From: a virus
Lineage: Duplodnaviria; Caudoviricetes
Virus record (IMG/VR): IMGVR_UViG_3300035502_001274
Span: 96,001 to 160,000 of that record
Strand: one strand, 5' to 3'
DNA length: 64,000 bases
Shown here: positions 1-9,293 of the stretch, one piece after another
Position numbering within the stretch: the stretch's first letter is position 1
Layout: each line of letters starts with the position of its first letter
Notes under the pieces: model-generated
The model's input: only the letters and a program-made list of their open reading frames with translations
Told to the model about the DNA's origin: nothing
Database searches by the model: none
Program-made: the position numbers and the translations under genes

Positions 1-288
1 GTAGACCCGAATTTCTTTCTGAATCGGATCCGCGCCGAACTCCGCAAACATCTGCTGCGTGAACTCCAACCCGACCTCTGTCTCAATCTCGGTGCGAGTC
101 AGCGTACCCGCACTTTTATAGGTGAGATGGCACCTGGTCTCACCATTGCGAGACAGAGCACGGAGCCGAATCTCCGGCTTCACGGTGATGTAGATCGCCG
201 AACTTTGGGACGTACTGACAACCTCAGCATTGGGGAAACCGGATACGAGGAACTTCTTCTCGATCTCAACTGGCAATTTGTTATTCAT
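1..288 (-). CDS. CYTH / triphosphate tunnel metalloenzyme family protein (3' part runs off the window)
   Basis: Not in the ORF track. Manual translation from ATG at 288 gives MNNKLPVEIEKKFLVSGFP...EIRLR...LTYKSAGTLTRTEIE, matching the CYTH ExExKF, RxR and TxK...RxExE motifs. RBS aaggaagg and the ATATCATT motif lie upstream. Confidence 0.8.
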   Translation of the reverse strand, partial: MNNKLPVEIEKKFLVSGFPNAEVVSTSQSSAIYITVKPEIRLRALSRNGETRCHLTYKSAGTLTRTEIETEVGLEFTQQMFAEFGADPIQKEIRVY

Positions 289-358
289 GGTATGACTTCC
301 TTCCTTTTAGTATTTCATATAAATGATATTTGCTCAGGTTCTGGGCAAATACTGGAAG

Positions 359-898
359 TCAAGTCTGGTTCCAGAGACTGATGAGAGCATAGCCTCCGTG
401 ATTTGTCACGTCAAGACCATCACCAAAGACGCGCTTCATTTCTGCGTTGGTTGTGCTGGAGTCGCCTTCAGCGATGATCCACTTCTGGGTCGGATCCCAA
501 AACTCGCTGCCTTCATGGTCAATGGCATCCACCGTGAAGATGAGCCCTTTATACTTCAGCTTATAGCGAGAGATATGCATGGGCACGAGCTTGTACGTGC
601 CAACCAGTTCATTGATGAAAGCGCTGCCGGCTTCTGTCGTGACAAATGTTGTGTAGAAGCCATGTCGAGGCCCGATGGTGACGCGACAGGGTCCATCAGC
701 ATGCAGGACGCTGGGCGCCGTGAGCCTCCGAGGCTCCGTCAAGATGGGACGGAACTTCTCCACTTGAAGATAGCGGTCAATCATATCTAGGAATACGACA
801 GCACCCTCTTCATGCTCGTAATATTCGAGCTCGGGCACTTCCTCTGCACGCAATAGCCAACGCTTCGGTGCAGTATGCGGTTCATATTTAAGAATCAC
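359..898 (-). CDS. probable degenerate CYTH-fold protein
   Basis: C-terminal half (RYKLKYKGLIFTVDAID...IIAEG...DVT...Y..LW) follows the CYTH C-terminal pattern but the catalytic ExExK is missing. Adjacent to a clear CYTH gene. Confidence 0.45.
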   Translation of the reverse strand: MILKYEPHTAPKRWLLRAEEVPELEYYEHEEGAVVFLDMIDRYLQVEKFRPILTEPRRLTAPSVLHADGPCRVTIGPRHGFYTTFVTTEAGSAFINELVGTYKLVPMHISRYKLKYKGLIFTVDAIDHEGSEFWDPTQKWIIAEGDSSTTNAEMKRVFGDGLDVTNHGGYALISLWNQT

Positions 899-1697
899 TT
901 TTATGGTCCTCCTTCCATTTGATATCCTTAGGTTCGTAGGTCACTTCAAGTATACGGTCTCTCCGTAGGATTGCTTCAGTGATTTTAAGAGCATTCACAG
1001 GGATATCGTATTTCCGATCTTCCAGATGCATTTTCAGCATTTTATTACTGGTGCGGATGGCAACTTTATCATGCTCTTGCAACCACTTTGCCGTAGACTG
1101 GAACGTGCCGCCATCTGTAATGGCCAATCGTACATGAGCCCAATCAAAGTACTGACCAGGAACGGCAGTTCGGACATCTTTCTCAAGTACTACATCTTTG
1201 GGCGTAATGGAGTGGAAGACGCCATTCTTGATCAGAGAGTAATCAATGCAGTTGCGATCGATCCATGCGATGAGCTCTTTAATGGGCTTTCCATCAAACT
1301 CTTCAAGAGCTTGCCAATGTGTACGCAACCAGGGCCTGATGCCGCTATTGTGGCCAACGTCGCTGCAGATCTGCTGGAAAGTCTCTTCGTCGCAGTCCTC
1401 AAAGCATCCAGGAAACAGCGTATGAACCATACGAGCTTTAAAATCTGCGTCTCTGTGGTTAATTGCCCTTGTGCAGGCAATACAATTATGATCATTCAGA
1501 CACCCGTGGCACCCGAAACGACGTTTCCATTTCTTTGGATAATTTTCATTCATTGCCTGATGTTCCGTGGACATGAAAAATCGCACATTGCCGTGAGAGG
1601 ATACGTAGCAGACTTTGTATAGCTTCAGTTGGCTATCATATATCTGGATCACTGGATTTTTAATATCGACTTTTTCGGTGTAGAGTTTATAAGGCAT
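888..1697 (-). CDS. hypothetical protein with Cys cluster (CHGC..CIAC)
   Basis: 269-aa ORF, RBS aaaggagg, early motif at 1732-1739. Confidence 0.7.
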   Translation of the reverse strand: MPYKLYTEKVDIKNPVIQIYDSQLKLYKVCYVSSHGNVRFFMSTEHQAMNENYPKKWKRRFGCHGCLNDHNCIACTRAINHRDADFKARMVHTLFPGCFEDCDEETFQQICSDVGHNSGIRPWLRTHWQALEEFDGKPIKELIAWIDRNCIDYSLIKNGVFHSITPKDVVLEKDVRTAVPGQYFDWAHVRLAITDGGTFQSTAKWLQEHDKVAIRTSNKMLKMHLEDRKYDIPVNALKITEAILRRDRILEVTYEPKDIKWKEDHKSDS

Positions 1698-1808
1698 TTG
1701 AGTGTGCCTCCTTTCATGTATTTCTCTTGGGAATGATATATGGCCAGTGATTTAGGCGTTTTAACATCCCCATAATCCAAAATACCCAATGAAAGTTGGT
1801 GTGTAAGC

Positions 1809-3032
1809 ATGGCTGTGGCAAGCGCTGCCATCAAAAAAGAGCTACTGAGCAAGACTCGCCAAGAACTGACGGTGTCTTTTCTCATCTCCAAAATTGCCAA
1901 AACCACTAAAATTGAAACAGATGAAAATGGCCGACGCCTTTTCAATGTGAAACTGCCGGAGTGGGATCTCCAGGCCAAAGTCCACCTCAATCCTCATGAG
2001 TACATCAATGAAGAAGCGGTCGATACCACCATTGGTTCCATCATCGTCAATAAGTTGATGATTGAGGGCTACGTGGAGTCCGTGGTGGATAATCACTACT
2101 ACAATGAGGTCATCACCAAGAAAAGCTTTCAGAAGCTGCTGGATCGAATCACCAATGCGTTGATGGATGATAAAATTCCCCTGAATCCCAACGTGGTGAA
2201 GTTCCTGCAGGCTTTTGAGTTCTATGGCTTGATGCTGGCCTCTGCGGTATCGCCTTCGTTGACTAAGGGTGTTATGTCAGTACAGGATGAAGTCCGTGAG
2301 AAGAGAGATGAACTCTTCGCCAAGTACGATGACCACCCGACCATCAATGAAGCGGTTAAGATTGAGGACCAGCTCACCAAAGAGGCCGCCAAGCTTTTGA
2401 AAGATGATCCCGGCATGACCCTGTTTGACTCTGGTTCTCGTGGATCCTTTGATGACAACTACAAGATGATGTCTGTCATGGTTGGTCCTGTGGCCGTCCC
2501 TGGCAGTACTAAGTATGATGTCGTCAAGAATAACTACATCGATGGTGTTGAGAAGTCCGACCTTCCTGCCATTGGTAACACCATGGTCGCTGCTGCCTAC
2601 TCTCGTGCTGTGGCTACCGCTGATGGTGGCTATCTCACGAAGCAGTTTTATGCAGTTTATCAGAGCATTGCCATTGACGAGCCCGGTACTGATTGTGGTT
2701 CCAAAGGCTTCCTGCCGGTGTTTCTGACACCCAAGAATTACGCAGATTACACTTGGCAGTATATCTATGATAATGGCAAGCTGGTTCTGCTGGATGATAG
2801 CACCAAAGACAAGTATATGAATAAGACGGTCAAGTTCCGTTCCCCCATTGGATGCCTCAATCCCAAGCTCTGCAATAAGTGTATGGGAGAGCGCTTCTAT
2901 AAGTTGAACATCAAGAACGCTGGCTTGACTACGGGCCGTATGCCCAACTCTATCATGAACGCCAGCTTGAAGAACTTCCACAATACCAAGGTGAAACTGA
3001 CCACAGTGGATCCCGACAAGCTCCTCATCTGA
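1809..3032 (+). CDS. phage multisubunit RNA polymerase beta' C-terminal subunit (probably virion RNAP)
   Basis: beta' motifs SGSRGS, YSRAVATADGGYLTKQ (bridge helix), DCGS and RSPIGC...CNKCMG (Zn site). Preceded by the late motif AACA-N6-TA at 1763. Confidence 0.88.
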   Translation: MAVASAAIKKELLSKTRQELTVSFLISKIAKTTKIETDENGRRLFNVKLPEWDLQAKVHLNPHEYINEEAVDTTIGSIIVNKLMIEGYVESVVDNHYYNEVITKKSFQKLLDRITNALMDDKIPLNPNVVKFLQAFEFYGLMLASAVSPSLTKGVMSVQDEVREKRDELFAKYDDHPTINEAVKIEDQLTKEAAKLLKDDPGMTLFDSGSRGSFDDNYKMMSVMVGPVAVPGSTKYDVVKNNYIDGVEKSDLPAIGNTMVAAAYSRAVATADGGYLTKQFYAVYQSIAIDEPGTDCGSKGFLPVFLTPKNYADYTWQYIYDNGKLVLLDDSTKDKYMNKTVKFRSPIGCLNPKLCNKCMGERFYKLNIKNAGLTTGRMPNSIMNASLKNFHNTKVKLTTVDPDKLLI

Positions 3033-3035
3033 CAG

Positions 3036-3072
3036 AAAAGCACCATAGGCTTGATGGCCTATGGTGCTTTTA
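3036..3072. terminator. intrinsic terminator (bidirectional-type hairpin)
   Basis: aaaagcaccatagg...cctatggtgctttt inverted repeat with A/T flanks. Confidence 0.75.
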
Positions 3073-3083
3073 ACTTTTTCCAT

Positions 3084-3091
3084 ATATCATT
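3084..3091 (+). promoter_or_regulatory. early promoter motif ATAT(C/T)AT(T/C) (representative copy)
   Basis: Intergenic copies on + at 3084, 5889, 10742, 13076, 13875, 19075, 27421, 36691, 38983, 45143, 45657, 46643, 56098, 57393, 62038; on - at 322, 1732, 8379. Confidence 0.8.
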
Positions 3092-3124
3092 TTGGTGAAA
3101 TCTAATGTAAAGGAGCTTATCAAA

Positions 3125-3616
3125 ATGGCTAAAACAGTTTTACACCAGCACAGTTGTGATGCATGTCATGAGGTCGATACTCATCTCATGTATCAATACA
3201 CCGAAAATGGAGAGATGCATGACCGACATGTTTGCACAGATTGCCTTATTGATGATATCCGGAAAGCTTTCCTCGGATACGTTGGCCGGAAGATCAACTA
3301 CTTTGGGAGAATGACGGATACGCATCTGCGCGCTATCAGCCTCTTGGATATCCTGGAGTTGAATGAAGCCATGTCCATCAATCTGGAGTTTGCCGACGTC
3401 AAAATTCAGCGCATTGAGCCGTTTTGCACGCTGCAGATTGAGGTTTCTCCATCCGCTACGGCCATGGTCGTCATTGTGCGCTCGACCCTCAATAACCAGT
3501 ACCATGCCTATCCCTTCTACGCTAATAACCTGGCACATATGCTGGACATCGTAACAGATGTCTTCAAGAAAGAATTTGAGGGGAATACCTACGGGAAAGA
3601 CATGATACCCTTTTAA
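3125..3616 (+). CDS. hypothetical protein with N-terminal Zn ribbon (CDAC...CTDC)
   Basis: aaggag RBS, early motif at 3084. Confidence 0.7.
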   Translation: MAKTVLHQHSCDACHEVDTHLMYQYTENGEMHDRHVCTDCLIDDIRKAFLGYVGRKINYFGRMTDTHLRAISLLDILELNEAMSINLEFADVKIQRIEPFCTLQIEVSPSATAMVVIVRSTLNNQYHAYPFYANNLAHMLDIVTDVFKKEFEGNTYGKDMIPF

Positions 3617-3629
3617 GGAGAAGTACCCT

Positions 3630-4298
3630 ATGCATCATATCCTGAAGCAGTGCATCGTCAAACCAATCTTTAATTACTTTAAAGAAGGGCGGTTGTGGCG
3701 CATGACCTTCGCCGAATATTTCAAGCAGATGAGTCCCTCTAGCATTCAGAAGGCCATCGATGCTGATCAGGCTAAAACACTCACGCCTGCCAAGTACGCA
3801 GAGCGTGTCCATTTCATTCTGAAGATTGCCGCAAAGGATCCCATTCTCCCCGGCATTGATGGGATCGATACCACCTTACTCAATCAGATTCTGGTCTATT
3901 CCATGTATAAGATGGACCGGGTCAATTTCCTGCTGGTTTCTGGCAAGAAAAATATCAATTTGCACTCTGATGAAGTGCTGAGCATCGCCCTGAGTGACGA
4001 CGCGATGATGCGGTATTTCCCGTCCTTGGATATTCGCAGGGAGTATGCCACCACGGTGCTGATCACCACCATTCTATATTTGGTGGCCATGCACAAGAAA
4101 GTGGAGGCCAATACCCTGCTCAATATGTCGGCGGACCTGAATGCCAAGTCACTCAATGCGGCTGTCGACGTTGCACGGGATATGCTGCAGGATTGCAAGC
4201 GCTTTGGCAAAGGCGCCTATGACCGTTACGTGTTGCGTTTCCTCAATGAGACACGGCAGAGTGTTGGGACGGTCAAGACCCATCAGCGTGCATTCTAA
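3630..4298 (+). CDS. hypothetical protein
   Basis: 222-aa ORF with aaggag RBS. Confidence 0.7.
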   Translation: MHHILKQCIVKPIFNYFKEGRLWRMTFAEYFKQMSPSSIQKAIDADQAKTLTPAKYAERVHFILKIAAKDPILPGIDGIDTTLLNQILVYSMYKMDRVNFLLVSGKKNINLHSDEVLSIALSDDAMMRYFPSLDIRREYATTVLITTILYLVAMHKKVEANTLLNMSADLNAKSLNAAVDVARDMLQDCKRFGKGAYDRYVLRFLNETRQSVGTVKTHQRAF

Positions 4299-4455
4299 CT
4301 GCCTGGTAAACACCACGCTAATGCCGTGTTTGCCATATTCACGGCGTCTCCTTTAGCCAATTCTTTCATCATAAAGAATTCGCCAGAAAGTGCCGCCTAC
4401 TCAAATCTGGGTAGGCGGCCTTTTCAACCATAAAATACTAGGGAGGGATTATGTT

Positions 4456-5526
4456 TTGGAGTACGTAATCCGGCCCTCTGCGTTGACCTCCATCTCGCAG
4501 AGCGCTAACTTTTTTGATGCCCTCTCGGCATGTGAACAGATGGAAGCATCTCCCGCCACCGAACTCTTTGGGTTTGGCGATCATGGAAGTCCTGCTTTCA
4601 TGCCCAAAGGCGTCGATCTGCGCAATATCAGCACCGGCTCTGGTAAACTGGTAATGAGCGCCATCGATAACCTGGATCATGCCATCTCTGATTGGGAGCA
4701 TCAATTGTCCAAGGAGCTGAATAACGCCATTGGCGGGCTCTTTGGTGCCAATAAAGACAGAATTAAGCTGCTCAGCGCTGACCTGAAGAAATATCAATCC
4801 TTGGCCGCCGACGCCAATAAAAGATTGAAAACTCCCGGTTTGACTGAGCAGGTAAGAGCGGATTTGATGCAGCAAGAGCAGACTGCCCTGGACCACATGG
4901 AGCAGACAAGAGCTCGCATCAATGACCTCAATGCCAATATTCTCATTCCCAATGAGATCATGCAGGCCGTCAATGAGAGCACTGCTCTAGCCAAAGAAGG
5001 TCTCAATCTGGTTGTGACAGAGTATGCCAGTTATGAGCGTACCATTGAGTCGAAGACCAAGGTCGCCGATTTGCGGTTTGGGATCATCAAGGATGATGCT
5101 TACATCAATGAGATGAATAGGCATCGCATGAACTTGACTGATCCCTATTCCGATATCTTGCAGCGACTCAATACGATCACCAAGCAGGCTTCTCAAATCA
5201 ACGATACCCGCATCACTGGTGCCAAAGTGACTACACCTGTGGAAAATGCGGTCAAGTTTGATCTGGTAAGAGTCAGGGCTCTGACGACCATCTATGAGAA
5301 GTATAAGAAAATCACCAGCGATATTCATCAGCGTCTCAACGTCCTGCGTGCCGAGATGCGCTTGATCATGTCTGGGAAACCTACCAAATACAAGCTGACT
5401 TCGGTCATGATTGCCCAAGAAGTTGTCTTCCTGACGACCTTCTGTCTCAAGTTCAGCGATATGCTGCTGCTCTATATGAGTCCCATCATGGGTGTGATTG
5501 AGTCGGCTGGTAACGTGGCTTATTAA
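4456..5526 (+). CDS. putative virion (internal head) protein
   Basis: Helical/coiled-coil ORF with a PATE (A-x-E) site near the N-terminus. Late motif at 4309. TTG start chosen from the GGAGG spacing. Confidence 0.55.
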   Translation: MEYVIRPSALTSISQSANFFDALSACEQMEASPATELFGFGDHGSPAFMPKGVDLRNISTGSGKLVMSAIDNLDHAISDWEHQLSKELNNAIGGLFGANKDRIKLLSADLKKYQSLAADANKRLKTPGLTEQVRADLMQQEQTALDHMEQTRARINDLNANILIPNEIMQAVNESTALAKEGLNLVVTEYASYERTIESKTKVADLRFGIIKDDAYINEMNRHRMNLTDPYSDILQRLNTITKQASQINDTRITGAKVTTPVENAVKFDLVRVRALTTIYEKYKKITSDIHQRLNVLRAEMRLIMSGKPTKYKLTSVMIAQEVVFLTTFCLKFSDMLLLYMSPIMGVIESAGNVAY

Positions 5527-5576
5527 AGGCAGTGAACACCCCAGTACCTTGACGGTACTGGGGTGCTTTAAATACC

Positions 5577-5870
5577 CGGTCATAGGGAGTTGGGCTTCTC
5601 AGAGGGAGACGGGGCCAGGGACAGGCCTCGTGGATGTAAGTGCTGGAGGTACCTACATTGTGAGTCGACCCAGGGTTAGAGGTCATTGGAAAGAAGCCGT
5701 GACCAGGTAAGTGAGGTGCGCCGGCCTACGCGTATGTGGAGACGGACATCCCCTTTGAACACGCACACGATCCGGTTAGCTGATAGTTTACCGCTTATCA
5801 AAAAATAATACAGATCTGAAATTAAGAGAAAGGAGGAATGCCGTTGATGCACGACATTCCTCCGTTTTGC
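5577..5870 (+). ncRNA. candidate structured non-coding RNA
   Basis: ORF-free, G-rich spacer between two terminator hairpins, with long-range pairing ggtca/tgacc and ggcttct/agaagcc. Confidence 0.35.
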
Positions 5871-5970
5871 TGGCCGGTGTTTAACCATATATCATTTAGC
5901 TGAGTATAAAGCATTATGCTGCTATGCTCATCATCTTATAACCTCATATCCAATAGAAAGGAGGCGACAG

Positions 5971-6159
5971 GTGATGACTATCAAGTATTCGATAATCGTG
6001 ATCGAAACACTGGAAATTTCCAGTACACTTCAAGATAACCGATTTGCCGAAGCACGCGAACTCAGAGCTCGCACCAATCGAGCTTGGCATGAAGCGCGCC
6101 ATGGCAATCTGCTTGAGGCTGCAAAGATCGCACATCAATACATAGGCGCAATTTGCTAA
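5971..6159 (+). CDS. small hypothetical early protein
   Basis: gaaaggagg RBS, early motif at 5889, terminator downstream. Confidence 0.55.
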   Translation: MMTIKYSIIVIETLEISSTLQDNRFAEARELRARTNRAWHEARHGNLLEAAKIAHQYIGAIC

Positions 6160-6383
6160 TACTCACATGGAGAGAGCTGGTTCATCAGTTCTCTCCTTTT
6201 TTGGCTCAACACTGGCGTGAACCGCATAGGCCTAATAGATTAGAGTAGCGTTCTGACGAATGTTAAAACCTTAATGACGACATGCTATTTACAATTCGCG
6301 CCACCGTTATACGAGTTAATACCAAATGATAATTATCAAAAGAGACATTGCGTGACCTACGCAATGTCTCTTTAAGGATAGCT

Positions 6384-6680
6384 TTAGATGTTATTCAACG
6401 CCCAGAATGCAGCGATCTCGTCTTTAATCGGCATCATCTTCATTTCAACTCGGCCATTCATACGAGAAATGTACATATTGCGATCTGGCGCCAAATTACG
6501 AGCAAATCTTTTACCTAAATCGAGGCCATAAATACGGAACACGTTCGTTTGATCACCATCGAAATCCGCGTTCATCAGCTGGATTATTGCCGTTGGGATA
6601 GTAAGGCTCTTATCCTCAAAGTTATGCTTCACGCGTTTTACAGTTACCATCATGAAACTGCCGTAGTTAATGGAAGGATT
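6384..6680 (-). CDS. RNAP beta' N-terminal subunit, exon 2 (contains catalytic NADFDGD)
   Basis: NPSINYGS...MNADFDGDQTN joins in frame to exon 1 (...LLINR|NPSIN, equivalent to the beta' NRxP motif). Confidence 0.92.
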   Translation of the reverse strand, partial: NPSINYGSFMMVTVKRVKHNFEDKSLTIPTAIIQLMNADFDGDQTNVFRIYGLDLGKRFARNLAPDRNMYISRMNGRVEMKMMPIKDEIAAFWALNNI

Positions 6681-7081
6681 CTCGTTGGTCACGTTAGTTC
6701 GCTACGCCAACGCAGTTCTCTAGTGAACTTCTACATGTTACCATGCAGGACAGATCATATCACCAACTCGTAGATGCATGAACGTACCTACGAGTCGCTT
6801 CGCATTTCCCTTTGAAGGAATTACGACAGGCTAATGTCACCTATCAACCTACCCCAATAGCTTGGGCGGTACTCTACTCGGTTATTCACGGACTAATTAC
6901 TCATTCCGCTATCCTTTCGATGATCGTTGAACCTTTACCCACAGTACTGTGAGCACTTGGCTGCTGATTTTCCTTTGATAAAGATGGAATATCTAAACGG
7001 AATGCATTGTAGATTACCAAAGGATGTCCCAGCAGTTAACGAAGTTTTCCTTACACCTCGCGATGCAAGGCCGCGATATTC
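6681..7081 (-). mobile_element. group I intron (401 nt, no homing endonuclease ORF)
   Basis: 5' splice after U in a P1 helix CCGUGA/UCGCGG with a U.G pair, and a terminal G. Core elements P (AACTGCTGGGAC 7037-7026), Q (AATCAGCAG 6969-6961), R (GTTCAACGATCATC 6932-6919) and S (GATATGATCTG 6761-6751) are present. Confidence 0.9.
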
Positions 7082-8260
7082 ACGGTTAATGAGAAGCCAG
7101 ATATACTGGCGGTCATTTTTGATAAGCTTTTCCATGAGGGTGTAAAACGTGGGATTGTAATGGACCTTAGCGCGCTTCCACTCGTTATTGGCCTGCGCCG
7201 CCGTCACGTTCATCTCCTTGCAATACATATTACAGAGCTCATAGCGAAAGAGCTCAAGCGCTGCAATATAGGGAAGCTCAATCTCATTGGAGCGAAGTTC
7301 GCCAGAGTTGGGTGTGATGATGTTACGGCAGCACCAGTCGTAGCGACCGCCAATGACCTTAGACTGGATAACGCCTTTCTTGCCGTCCATGATCTTGAAG
7401 ATAGCGAGGAAGAGTTCCTCAATCTCTTTCTGGCAAGATGCCAGGAGCTTATCAATCTCAATCTGGACGTTTTCGTTAGCGCTGTCTTCCAGGTCAAAGG
7501 TATTCACCTTATTGGTGGTCTGAATGATAGACTGGAAGTAGGTATTCACTTTCTGCTTGAAGAGCTTTTCATCTTTAGCTCCAGGCAATTCAATGCGCAG
7601 AATAGAGCTAAAGACAGGAATGCAGGAAGTAAATACCTTATCACGGTCAGCACGGAGCTCATGGAAGATGGCGGCTTTGGCGGGCTTCTTCTTCTCATAG
7701 TAGTCCAGTACTTCCGTGAAATGCTCATAGAACCACTTCATGCCCTTTCCCACAAAGGGATGAAGCTTCATTTCGGCAATCTCGCGTTCTCTCAGTTCGT
7801 ACGTATCATCCTCAGAGCCATCTCTTTTCCGATAGGGAGATCTTAAGAGACGATCCAGAACGGGAGTTCCATCCACCTTGCCAAGAGCGTCGGAAAGCTT
7901 CATGGCGTAGATGGGAGAGATCACCTTTCTATTATAGTCGAGCATGATCCAGCCGGTCTTTGTGACATCGGCTTCCACATACTCGACAGGGGTACCGCAC
8001 TGCTCGCAAGTCATGCCGGCATACATTTTGCCAATATATTTCCGGCACTTGCAGGAGTAGCGCTCCTGGAAGGCATTTTCATCACCAAAGTCGGTTCCCC
8101 AGAACTCAGACTGGAGGCCGTTCGGTATTTTTCTTTTCTTGGAGTCGTACGCTTCAGCGCTGGAAATGCGAATGCCTTTTCCTGTTACCAGGTCAGCATA
8201 GCACTCGAAGTCCAGGTCTAACGTTTCGACGCTGACTCGCTCAATACGAGTATCGTACAT
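7082..8260 (-). CDS. RNAP beta' N-terminal subunit, exon 1 (probably non-virion RNAP)
   Basis: Zn finger CKC...CEQCG, GKKGVIQSKVIGGRYDWCCRNII (beta' GKxGxxR...GxR motif). Early motif at 8379. Spliced product is 491 aa. Confidence 0.92.
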
Positions 8261-8459
8261 AAACCTCTCACTACCTTTCTTGATTACCTTTCAGATTTTG
8301 GATTTTGCGTGTGTATAGGGTATCCAATTACTTCCTAATGTACAGAAAACATTAAATTCTCACCTCATCTTTCAGAGAGATGATATAGCAACGTTTAACT
8401 TTAAGCGGAACTGCTCTCTAACACCGCAATAATTTACGAAGAATTGGAGGCAATGTACC

Positions 8460-9263
8460 ATGGCATCGACAAATACGACTACGGTCACTACAGAAGACCT
8501 CGAGAAGATCTATAAGGTCTGCTATCTGGTGCTCTCCAAGTTGAAGGGCAAAACGGACCTAAGTAAGAAGAGCTGGCCCACTATTCTCTTCTCTGTGATC
8601 TGCGTCTTGGGTATGATTGGAACCTTGGTGTTCTACATCATCACGTCCAAGATTGCGCCGCTGATGATCTATATGGCATGCGCCATTCCTGTGTTGGCTT
8701 TCGGATTGGCACAGTTCAGCAAGAACCTGGAGACGCTCAATAAAGAGTATAGTGAATACTCTGCGGCCATGTCCAAGTTGCTGCTTGCACTGACCAACAG
8801 CTCCACCGAAAATGTGGACGAACTGACCAGGGGATTGGCTGCCTTGATCTGCGCTGCCACCACCGTGGTAGATTCCAAGGTAGACAAGGTCACCTTTGGA
8901 GATCTGACCCAGATGGACCAGTATAAAGAGGCGCATGTTCTTGCGGAGAATCTGGCCACTGTCAAAGAGACCATTGCTGGTCTCAAGAAGGAAGGTCTCG
9001 ATGTCGAAACTTTATTGGCATCGCTGGACGAAACTTCCTCTACGGAGATTGAGCAAACGTACAGCGAGCTTACCAATATGCTCGATAATATGACGGGTCA
9101 GGGTGTAGATACGGGCACCTCTTCCAAAACCGATAATTCGACCAAAGATGTGTCTCAGACGTCGGAATCTGCTGATGTCTCAGAGAGCGTTTCTGAATCT
9201 GAGTCACATATCATTGAAGTAGAAGATGACGATTCTCGCGAAGATTTGAGTATCGTCGTTTAA
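8460..9263 (+). CDS. membrane protein (2 TM segments, acidic Ser-rich tail)
   Basis: Two hydrophobic helices at about aa 40-85, late motif at 8420. Confidence 0.65.
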   Translation: MASTNTTTVTTEDLEKIYKVCYLVLSKLKGKTDLSKKSWPTILFSVICVLGMIGTLVFYIITSKIAPLMIYMACAIPVLAFGLAQFSKNLETLNKEYSEYSAAMSKLLLALTNSSTENVDELTRGLAALICAATTVVDSKVDKVTFGDLTQMDQYKEAHVLAENLATVKETIAGLKKEGLDVETLLASLDETSSTEIEQTYSELTNMLDNMTGQGVDTGTSSKTDNSTKDVSQTSESADVSESVSESESHIIEVEDDDSREDLSIVV

Positions 9264-9293
9264 TCATTTACATGCAGAAAGGACGAATCTAAA

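Noticed and set aside
4451-4468. Out-of-frame mini-ORF MFWST overlapping the start of the 4456 gene
   Set aside because: SD spacing favours the in-frame TTG; too little evidence for a regulatory role.
5715-5725. Group II intron 5' end (GTGCG)
   Set aside because: No domain V or RT ORF, and no interrupted gene.
6935-7081. C-terminal 48 aa of the 441-aa ORF, and the apparent frameshift or pseudogene in beta'
   Set aside because: This is read-through into the group I intron; splicing restores the gene.
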